NCBI GenBank assembly: GCA_965276975.1 | Contig: CBDIBR010000009.1 | Coordinates: 53,938 to 117,937, forward strand | DNA length: 64,000 bases | Direction: 5' to 3' | From: Rhodopila sp. | GTDB lineage: Bacteria; Pseudomonadota; Alphaproteobacteria; Acetobacterales; Acetobacteraceae | Part shown: positions 56,926 to 64,000 of the stretch, piece after piece | Layout of the letters: every line of letters starts with the position of its first letter | How positions within the stretch are numbered: position 1 is the stretch's first letter | Translations under genes and position numbers: made by a program | Notes under the pieces: generated by a model | Told to the model about the DNA's origin: nothing | Databases searched by the model: none | The model's input: the letters and a program-made list of their open reading frames with translations, nothing else

Positions 56926-58002
56926 ATGACTGATTTGATTGTGCACACGGACATGCCGTTCAACGCGGAGCCGCCACTGGAGCGGCTACGGGTGCGCTTC
57001 ACCACACCGCAACCTGATTTCTATGTCCGGAGCCATGGTGCCGTGCCGCGGTTGGCCGAGGACAGCCACAGGCTGCGGGTTGGTGGTCGGGTCGCAAGGC
57101 CGCTCGATCTCTCGATGTCCCAACTGCGCCACGATTTTCCTGCGCGGACCGTGATGGCTGTCCTGCAGTGCGCCGGCAACCGCCGAGCGGATCTGCACCG
57201 GGTCCGTCCGGTGACAGGTGATCCCTGGTCGGGCGGGGCAATCGGCAACGCCGCCTGGACCGGGGTCGCGCTGGCCGAGGTGCTGCGAGCCGCGGGTGCC
57301 GAGACCGATCCTAAACTGCACGTGGCGTTCGATGCCTGCGACCAGCTCAAAAGCGACAAGACCGAGGATGGGGCGCGGTTCGGCGTTTCGATCCCGATGA
57401 CCAAGGCGCTCTGCCCCGAGGTGTTGCTGGCGTTCGCGATGAACGGCGAGGCCCTGGCGCCGGAACATGGCTTTCCGCTGCGTGTGGTGGTGCCCGGGTT
57501 CGCTGGCGTGCGCAGCCCAAAGTGGCTGGCCAGCATCACGGTGCAAGGTTCGCCGTCCGGCAACGCCATGCAGCAGACCGATTACAAACTTTTTCCGCCC
57601 GATGTAACGCCCGAGACGGTGGATTGGACGCAGGGTGTGACGATCAACGAAATGCCGTTGAACGCCGCCATCTGCCAACCTGCCGCCGGCGCCGAGGTGG
57701 CGGCAGGTGCGGTTAGCGTGCGCGGTTACGCGATATGCACCGGACGCACGATCGAGCGGGTGGATCTGTCGGCCGATGGCGGTTTAAGCTGGTGTCAGGC
57801 GAGGTTGGAACGAGGGGACGATGCGCCGTGGGGCTGGACCTTCTGGGAGGCCGCCATCGATCTGCCCGCGGGCGCGCATGAACTGGCGGTGCGGGCCTGG
57901 GATTCGGCGGGACAGACTCAGCCGTCCTCGGCTGCGGATGCATGGAACTTCAAGGGGTATCTATCCGCGGCCTGGCACCGCGTGACAGTCCGGGCTGTAT
58001 AG
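56926..58002 (+). CDS. Sulfite-oxidase-family molybdoenzyme (no Tat signal)
   Basis: FYVRSHG, LQCAGNRR, HGFPLRVVVPG, KWL and an Ig-like dimerisation domain. Confidence 0.9.
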   Translation: MTDLIVHTDMPFNAEPPLERLRVRFTTPQPDFYVRSHGAVPRLAEDSHRLRVGGRVARPLDLSMSQLRHDFPARTVMAVLQCAGNRRADLHRVRPVTGDPWSGGAIGNAAWTGVALAEVLRAAGAETDPKLHVAFDACDQLKSDKTEDGARFGVSIPMTKALCPEVLLAFAMNGEALAPEHGFPLRVVVPGFAGVRSPKWLASITVQGSPSGNAMQQTDYKLFPPDVTPETVDWTQGVTINEMPLNAAICQPAAGAEVAAGAVSVRGYAICTGRTIERVDLSADGGLSWCQARLERGDDAPWGWTFWEAAIDLPAGAHELAVRAWDSAGQTQPSSAADAWNFKGYLSAAWHRVTVRAV

Positions 58003-58104
58003 CCGCGGCACGCCGGTGTCAGCGCGATGGGCTTGCTTTTGCGATCGCTGCGTCGCCTGTAGTATCCGCTCGATCGATGCATACGGACTGCGGATGGAGC
58101 GCCC

Positions 58105-58325
58105 ATGAGCGCAACAGGCACGGACAGGATCGCGGCGATTACCGAGGCGGCGTCAGGCGGGGCCGCGTCAGGCATCGGCCAGGCCGCGCGGCGCCGCCTG
58201 TTGGAAGCCGGCTGACGGTGTTTGGGTTGGACGTCACCGAGCGCCGGCTGCAAGAGCTTCGTGATGGGTTCACCGGGACGACGATCCCGCTCGACGCCGG
58301 CGTTCATCCCGCCGATTCGGCGTGA
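58105..58325 (+). pseudogene. Frameshifted SDR 5' fragment
   Basis: IAAITEAASGGAASGIGQAARRRLLEAG* continues after a 1-nt shift as TVFGLDVTERRL. It contains an internal 15-nt duplication. Confidence 0.7.
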
Positions 58326-59434
58326 TGGCGCGGTGGGTCCTGCTGCTCGTCGTCGTGACCTTGCCGGGCTGGGTTTTGCCGGGTTGGGCATCGCAAGCCT
58401 GGGCGCAGGACCGCATGGTCAACATATACAACTGGACCGACTACATCGATCCATCGGTGCTGAGCGACTTCACCAAGGAAACCGGGATCAAGACCCGCTA
58501 CGACGTGTTCGACAGCCTGGAGACCCTGGAAGCCAAGATGTATGCCGGACATTCGGGATATGACATCGTGGTGCCGAGCAACGAGCCGACGTTCTCGCGG
58601 CTGATCAAGGCAGGGGCGCTGGCGACGATCGACCAATCGAAGGTGCCGAACTGGAAAAATCTGGACCCGGCGCTGATGCGGCGGGTGGCGTCGTCTGATC
58701 CGGGCAGTCGGCATGGGGCGATCTATCTGTGGGGCTCGACCGGGCTGGGGATCAATCCGGAGCGCATCCGAGCGTTGGCGCCCGATGCGCCGATGGATAG
58801 CTGGGCACTGCTGCTTGATCCGGCATGGGCGAAACGGATCGCCCCGTGCGGCATCATCATGATGGATTCGGCGATCGACGTGGTCCCGTCGGTGCTGCGC
58901 TATCTGGGCCGAAGCCCGGACAGTTCGGCGCCCGAGGATCTGCGGGCGGTGTCGAAGACGCTGATGGCGATCCGGCCATACATCCGCCAATTCGCCAGCG
59001 GTGGCGCCCTGGAAGCTCTGGCGGCCGGCGACGCCTGCCTGGCCATGGACTACTCGGGCGACGTCGATCAGGCGGAAGTCAGGGCCAAGGAGGCCGGACA
59101 GGGCGTGACGGTGAGCTACGTCGCGCCGAAGGAGGGTTCCGAAATCGGCTTCGACATGCTGGCGATCCCGTCTGACGCGCCACACCCGGACGCCGCGCTG
59201 GCGTTCATCAACTTCGTGCTGCGGCCAGAGATCATGGCTCGGATCACCGATGCGACCCGCTATCCGAATGCGATCCCGGCCACCCGGGCGTTAGTACGGC
59301 CGGCGCTGTTGACGGACCTCAACGTATTCCCGACCCCGGCGGTGATGCAGCGGTTCTTCACCATCGGGCCTTCAACGGCCGCCGCCGACCGCGCCCGCAC
59401 CCGGATGTGGGCGCGCTTCAAGGCTGGCGGTTAA
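58325..59434 (+). CDS. Polyamine ABC transporter substrate-binding protein (PotD/PotF-like)
   Basis: IYNWTDYIDP, GYDIVVPS, PKEG and HPDAALAFINF. Confidence 0.92.
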   Translation: MARWVLLLVVVTLPGWVLPGWASQAWAQDRMVNIYNWTDYIDPSVLSDFTKETGIKTRYDVFDSLETLEAKMYAGHSGYDIVVPSNEPTFSRLIKAGALATIDQSKVPNWKNLDPALMRRVASSDPGSRHGAIYLWGSTGLGINPERIRALAPDAPMDSWALLLDPAWAKRIAPCGIIMMDSAIDVVPSVLRYLGRSPDSSAPEDLRAVSKTLMAIRPYIRQFASGGALEALAAGDACLAMDYSGDVDQAEVRAKEAGQGVTVSYVAPKEGSEIGFDMLAIPSDAPHPDAALAFINFVLRPEIMARITDATRYPNAIPATRALVRPALLTDLNVFPTPAVMQRFFTIGPSTAAADRARTRMWARFKAGG

Positions 59435-60552
59435 GCTTGCCGCCAGCCGCGGTCGCGCCGGCCGCCGCGACCGGACTGCTGACGGTCGCCGAACTGACGG
59501 TTCGCTTCGGCGCGACACGGGCAGGTGGGACATTAGCGGGCGGGACAGTGGCGCTCGATCGGCTGGACCTGACGGTGCGACGTGACGAACTGTTTGTGCT
59601 GCTGGGAAGTTCCGGATCCGGAAAAACCACGCTGCTGCGGGCGATCGCGGGTTTCCTGCGCCCCGATGCCGGGCGGATCGTGCTGGACGATGCAGACATC
59701 ACCGCGCTGCCGCCGCATCGCCGGCCGGTGAACACGATGTTCCAATCCTATGCGCTGTTCCCGCACATGTCGGTGGCGGCCAACATCGGCTTCGGCCTGC
59801 GCCAGCACGGCCTGTCGCGGGCGGCGACCCGGCAGCGCGTGGCGGCCATGCTGGCGCTGGTGCGGCTGGACGGCTTTGGCGGCCGGCGGCCGGCGGAGCT
59901 GTCGGGCGGGCAGCAGCAGCGGGTGGCGCTGGCCCGCAGCCTGGCGCCGAACCCGCGACTGCTGCTGCTGGATGAGCCGATGTCGGCGCTGGATCAGGCA
60001 CTGCGGCGGGAAACCAGGGCGGAGCTGGTGCGGCTGCGGCGGTCACTCGGGGTCAGTTTCGTGTTGGTGACGCATGACCAGGATGAGGCGTTGGAGATGG
60101 CGGATCGGGTTGGCGTGATGCGTGACGGCCGGATGGCTCAGGTTGGCACCCCGGCAGCGTTATATGAGTCCCCGGCGGATCGTTTCGTCGCCGACTTCCT
60201 GGGGGCGGCGAACATCCTGCCCTGCGTCGTGGATGGCGTGCATGTGCGGCTGCCCAGCCTGGGGGTCTGCGTGCGGGCGGCGCGGCCGGGTGTCAGCGGA
60301 CCCGGGCTGCTGGCGCTGCGGGCGGAACGGCTGCGTATCGAGGGCGAGCCGATGGCCAACGAAATCCGCGGCGTGGTGATCGAAAGTGCCTATGCGGGCG
60401 ACGCGCTGGCGGTTTCAGTGCGCCTGGCGGATGGTTCGGTGCTGCGGGTCAAACGGTGGCTGGCCGAGGGACTGGCGGCGGCCTCGATCGCCCCTGGGAT
60501 CGCCGTGCGCGTGGGCTGGCAGCCCGAGGCCTGCATGCTGCTGCCCGAATGA
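59407..60552 (+). CDS. Polyamine ABC transporter ATP-binding protein (PotA/PotG-like)
   Basis: GSSGSGKT, RPVNTMFQSYALFPH and LSGGQQQR. The start is uncertain. Confidence 0.9.
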   Translation: MGALQGWRLSLPPAAVAPAAATGLLTVAELTVRFGATRAGGTLAGGTVALDRLDLTVRRDELFVLLGSSGSGKTTLLRAIAGFLRPDAGRIVLDDADITALPPHRRPVNTMFQSYALFPHMSVAANIGFGLRQHGLSRAATRQRVAAMLALVRLDGFGGRRPAELSGGQQQRVALARSLAPNPRLLLLDEPMSALDQALRRETRAELVRLRRSLGVSFVLVTHDQDEALEMADRVGVMRDGRMAQVGTPAALYESPADRFVADFLGAANILPCVVDGVHVRLPSLGVCVRAARPGVSGPGLLALRAERLRIEGEPMANEIRGVVIESAYAGDALAVSVRLADGSVLRVKRWLAEGLAAASIAPGIAVRVGWQPEACMLLPE

Positions 60553-60565
60553 CCACGCACGCTAG

Positions 60566-61462
60566 ATGACCACGCGCGCGCGTCGATGGGTGCTGGCGGG
60601 TCCGGTCGCCTGGCTGATCCTGCTGCTGGCAGCACCACTGGCGATCGTCCTGCTGATCGCCTTCGCGCAGCCGGCGGATCGGGTGCCCCCGTATCTTCTG
60701 GGCCTCAGCCTGGACAGCCTGCGGCTGGTGGCGAGCGATCCGCTTTACCGGGATGCGCTGCTGCGGAGTCTGCGGGTTGCCGGGATTTCCACCCTGGTTT
60801 GTCTGGCGATCGGATTTCCGATGGCGCTGGCGATCGCGCGGGCCGCGGCGCGGTGGCAGAATGCTTTGCTGCTGGCGGTGATGCTGCCGTTCTGGACCGG
60901 GTTCCTGATGCGGATCAACGCCTGGATCGGGTTGCTGGCGGATGATGGGCTGGTCACGCGAGCGTTGGGCGGAACCCGGCTGCTGTATACCGGTACGGCG
61001 ATGTATCTCGGCATGGTCTATACCTACCTGCCGTTCATGGTGTTGCCGCTGTACGCCCGGCTGTCCCGACTGGATCCGGCCTTGACCGAGGCCGCCGCGG
61101 ATCTGGGCGCGAAGCCGTTGGGGGTTTTGCTCCGGGTGACCGTGCCGCTGTCATTGCCAGGGGTCGCGGCGGGGGCGGCGCTGGTTTTCATTCCGGCGAT
61201 CGGGGAGTATGTCATTCCGGCGCTGCTGGGGGGCCCTCGGGCGCAACTGGTCGGGAGGGTGCTGTGGGACGAGTTTTTCGCCAACCGCGATTGGCCGACG
61301 GCCTCGGCTGTCGCGGTCTGGCTGCTGGTGGTGCTGCTGGTTGTGCCAGGTTTGCTGCTTCGAGCAGCCAGTCGGCCGCGGCTGAGCGGCGGCCAGCCGA
61401 GCAAGCGTCGGTTGTCGCGGGTGATGGCGGGGTTGGCCGGCGAATCAAGGTGGGGCGGATGA
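60566..61462 (+). CDS. Polyamine ABC transporter permease (PotB/PotH-like)
   Basis: LPFWTGFLMR, YLPFMVLPLY, EAAADLGA and WPTASA. Confidence 0.9.
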   Translation: MTTRARRWVLAGPVAWLILLLAAPLAIVLLIAFAQPADRVPPYLLGLSLDSLRLVASDPLYRDALLRSLRVAGISTLVCLAIGFPMALAIARAAARWQNALLLAVMLPFWTGFLMRINAWIGLLADDGLVTRALGGTRLLYTGTAMYLGMVYTYLPFMVLPLYARLSRLDPALTEAAADLGAKPLGVLLRVTVPLSLPGVAAGAALVFIPAIGEYVIPALLGGPRAQLVGRVLWDEFFANRDWPTASAVAVWLLVVLLVVPGLLLRAASRPRLSGGQPSKRRLSRVMAGLAGESRWGG

Positions 61463-61544
61463 CGACGGGGCGGATGACGACGGGGCGGCGGCATCGCGCA
61501 CCCAGGGATCGGCATGCGCCGGCATAATTCCGCTTGCATTCGTT

Positions 61545-61561
61545 ATGCTGCGCTGCAACAT
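61545..61561. promoter_or_regulatory. Candidate PhaR-type operator
   Basis: ATGCTGC-GCT-GCAACAT is a near-palindromic TGC-N3-GCA motif about 60 bp upstream of the phasin-like gene. Confidence 0.5.
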
Positions 61562-61620
61562 GAGGTTGCCGGGCCGTTTTGATCCCCAAAGTACCCGTTC
61601 CATCGATCTAGGAAACTGAT

Positions 61621-62094
61621 ATGACAACACTCAACGGCGTGCTGGACGCGGCGACACGGAGCGCCGGTAGCGGCAGTGATCTTGCCGTCGCGGCCGGCCA
61701 GATCATTGCCCGACGCGTCGCGCTGGGGCTGACCGCCGCGTTTGACCCGCTGGGGGCGGACCATACGGAGCTTGGCCGGATGATGCCGGAGAAGGTGGAG
61801 GCGTTCTCGGCCGCCGGCATGATCATGCTGGAACAGACCAATCAGGCTGGCTGGGAAATCACTCGCCTGGCCTCGGACGAGGTCATGACGGGCGCTCTGG
61901 CGACGTTCGCGATGGCCACCTGCGCCACCCCGATGGCAATGGCGGAAGCGCAAGGCCAGTATGCCCTGAGCTGGCTCAATCGCGCCGCGTCGAACTTCTT
62001 CGCCCTGGGCATGCTGGCGTTCGATGCTCATGAAGCCGCGATGGCCCCGATCCGGACCACCGTCGCCGCCAACACGGCACGCCTGGCCGGGTGA
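61621..62094 (+). CDS. Ala-rich helical protein, possibly phasin-like
   Basis: 157 aa, amphipathic and Ala-rich, with RMMPEKVEAF; the upstream PhaR-like motif supports the call. Confidence 0.55.
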   Translation: MTTLNGVLDAATRSAGSGSDLAVAAGQIIARRVALGLTAAFDPLGADHTELGRMMPEKVEAFSAAGMIMLEQTNQAGWEITRLASDEVMTGALATFAMATCATPMAMAEAQGQYALSWLNRAASNFFALGMLAFDAHEAAMAPIRTTVAANTARLAG

Positions 62095-62264
62095 CGCCCG
62101 GGTCGGCCGCAACCATGGGTTACCCAAGAAGTTGAGCAACGGCGGGGTGAGCAACGCGGGGCGAACGGAATTTGATTTCTTAAATTGGCGGCCGACCGCC
62201 ACAACTAGATCACGGTCAAAGCAAGACCGGCAGCAACAACGCCAAGCCTGCGGGAGAGTAGTCC

Positions 62265-63620
62265 ATGCCTTTACCAGCGGCGCCCGCCGTCAGTCCGTCC
62301 GCCGTCGAGCCTGTTGAAGCGGAGACCATGCGTCGGGTTGCCTGGCGCCTGGTCCCGCTTTTGATGGTCAGCTATTTCGCCGCCTATCTGGACCGCGTGA
62401 ACGTCGGCTTCGCCGCGCTTACGATGAACAAGACGCTGGGTTTTTCGGCCGAGATCTTCGGCATCGGCAGCGGGATCTTTTTCTTCGGCTACTTTCTGTT
62501 TGAGATCCCCAGCAATCTGATCCTCGCGAAGGTCGGTGCCGGCAAATGGATCGCGCGCATCCTGCTCACCTGGGGCCTGATCTCCGGGGCGACTGCCTTC
62601 GTGACCGGAACCTGGTCGTTCCTTGGCATCCGCTTCCTGCTTGGCCTGGCGGAGGCTGGCTTCTATCCGGGGATCATTCTCTATCTGACCTGGTGGTTTC
62701 CGTCGACCTACCGGTCCCGGATCATCGGCATCTTCATGACGGCGGTCCCAATCTCTATCGTCACCGGTTCGCTGGTTTCTGGTCAAATTCTCCGCCTGGG
62801 CGCATGGGGCGGCCTCATGGGCTGGCAGTGGCTGTTCATCCTGGAGGCGCTGCCGGCGCTGATAATGGGATTCGTGGTACTGTTCTATCTGACCAACAGC
62901 CCTGAGCAGGCGACCTGGCTGCGGCCGGACCAGCGGGACTGGCTGGTCAAGCGGCTGGCGGCCGAGCGCGGCTTGAAGGAGGAGATTCGCCATTTTTCGT
63001 TAGGCGAGACGATGCGGAACGCGCGGGTCTGGATGCTGACACTGGTGTATTTTGGCCAGAACGTGAGCGGCTACGGGCTCGTCCTGTTCCTGCCGCAAAT
63101 CGTCCGCCGGTTCGGCGTCGGCGTCGGCATGAATGGACTGATCAGCGCCCTGCCCTTCGCCGCGGGCGCGGTCGCGATGGTGTTGTGGGGCCTGCACTCC
63201 GATCGCACCGGGGAACGGCCTCTGCACGCCGCCGCCGCTTGCTTTCTGAACTTCGCCGGGCTCGCGGTCTGCGTCTTCCTGCACGACCCGGTGTACATGA
63301 TGATCGCGATCATCCTGGCGCAGATGGGGCAATCGGCCATCGCGCCGACGTTCTGGACGCTGCCGACAGCGATGCTGTCCGGCACCGCCGCGGCGGGCGG
63401 GATCGCCTTGATCAACGCGGTGGGCAACCTTGGCGGTTTTCTTGGGCCCTACATGATGGGCAGCATCCGCGATGCCACCGGCAGCTTCAGTATCGGACTT
63501 CTAGCCATCGCGATGGGCGCGCTGGTCGGCAGCATCGTGCTGGTCGGCCTGGGCCATGACCGTCGACTGGAGGAGATACCGCGGAACCGGGGGGATGGCT
63601 ATCGCGTCGCGGCCAAGTAG
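62265..63620 (+). CDS. MFS transporter (anion:cation symporter family)
   Basis: AYLDRVNVGFA, FEIPSN, GLAEAGFYPG, GWQWLFILE and AGGIALINAVGNLGGF. Confidence 0.93.
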   Translation: MPLPAAPAVSPSAVEPVEAETMRRVAWRLVPLLMVSYFAAYLDRVNVGFAALTMNKTLGFSAEIFGIGSGIFFFGYFLFEIPSNLILAKVGAGKWIARILLTWGLISGATAFVTGTWSFLGIRFLLGLAEAGFYPGIILYLTWWFPSTYRSRIIGIFMTAVPISIVTGSLVSGQILRLGAWGGLMGWQWLFILEALPALIMGFVVLFYLTNSPEQATWLRPDQRDWLVKRLAAERGLKEEIRHFSLGETMRNARVWMLTLVYFGQNVSGYGLVLFLPQIVRRFGVGVGMNGLISALPFAAGAVAMVLWGLHSDRTGERPLHAAAACFLNFAGLAVCVFLHDPVYMMIAIILAQMGQSAIAPTFWTLPTAMLSGTAAAGGIALINAVGNLGGFLGPYMMGSIRDATGSFSIGLLAIAMGALVGSIVLVGLGHDRRLEEIPRNRGDGYRVAAK

Positions 63621-63690
63621 CCGCAGCCATCGGATGCTTTGTCAGGATAGGCCGGGTGGATTGGCGGCAGCCCGGCTGCCTTGCCGTGGC

Positions 63691-63788
63691 GCCGTCCACT
63701 GGGCGCCGTCCACTGGGCGCCGTTCGCCGTCCACTGGGCGCCGCCCATTGGATGCCGTTCGCTGGGCGGCCTTCCGCTGGGCGCCTGA
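63691..63788. repeat. Degenerate 14-bp tandem array between convergent MFS genes
   Basis: GCCGTCCACTGGGC at 63691, 63705 and 63726, plus decayed copies. Confidence 0.85.
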
Positions 63789-63789
63789 T

Positions 63790-64000
63790 CTAGCGGCCCG
63801 ATTTGACCGCGCCTGGGCGGTCCCGATGGCCGGACAGTTCCGCCCCAGCACCCCGATCCAGGCGGGTCGCCAGCAGCGGCGCCATGAACGACACCGCGGC
63901 GACGAACAGGAACGCCACGGAGAAGTCGGGCAGCATCGCCCGCGGGTGGTGGGTGACGGCGATCGAGGCCGCCAGAGCGGCGGCCGAGATCGCGATGCCC
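63790..64000 (-). CDS. 3' end of an MFS transporter (runs off the window)
   Basis: Hydrophobic C-terminus ...AMLPDFSVAFLFVAAVSF...DRGAGAELSGH, ending at TAG 63790-63792. Confidence 0.75.
   Translation of the reverse strand, partial: GIAISAAALAASIAVTHHPRAMLPDFSVAFLFVAAVSFMAPLLATRLDRGAGAELSGHRDRPGAVKSGR

Noticed and set aside
63691-63788. Possible CRISPR array
   Set aside because: Units are 14 bp and adjacent, with no spacers and no cas genes.

Overview
GC-rich alphaproteobacterial chromosome segment. Gene content and repeat types suggest Acetobacteraceae/Rhodospirillales, possibly Rhodopila-like (inference). From left to right it carries nth; an ftsE-ftsX-ydcF-plsC-DUF2125 operon; a glycogen operon (glgP, glgC, glgA, fused glgX-malQ); a GluRS paralogue with degenerate catalytic motifs; two xanthine-dehydrogenase-family Mo enzymes; surface-glycan genes (GT4/methyltransferase/FkbM triple fusion, flippase, sulfotransferase); an internally deleted IS630; a catabolic island at about 33-47 kb (three LLM oxidoreductases, SDRs, TauD, FAH, esterase, MFS); msrA and msrB; pentapeptide-modBC; HNH; gluQ; a sulfite-oxidase-family gene; a partial polyamine ABC operon; a phasin-like gene; and MFS transporters. 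No rRNA, tRNA or CRISPR array was recognised. The most interesting signals are non-coding or sub-genic: (i) a roughly 100-bp two-hairpin repeat family with copies inserted in frame inside two unrelated genes plus an intergenic copy; (ii) a second dispersed repeat whose conserved core resembles a non-canonical hammerhead ribozyme; (iii) a 15-codon uORF whose UAG lies in the loop of a long hairpin, in frame with a small ACT-like gene; (iv) a perfect CtrA box upstream of the triple-domain glycan-modifying gene. All product calls come from motif recognition by eye, and no database searches were run.
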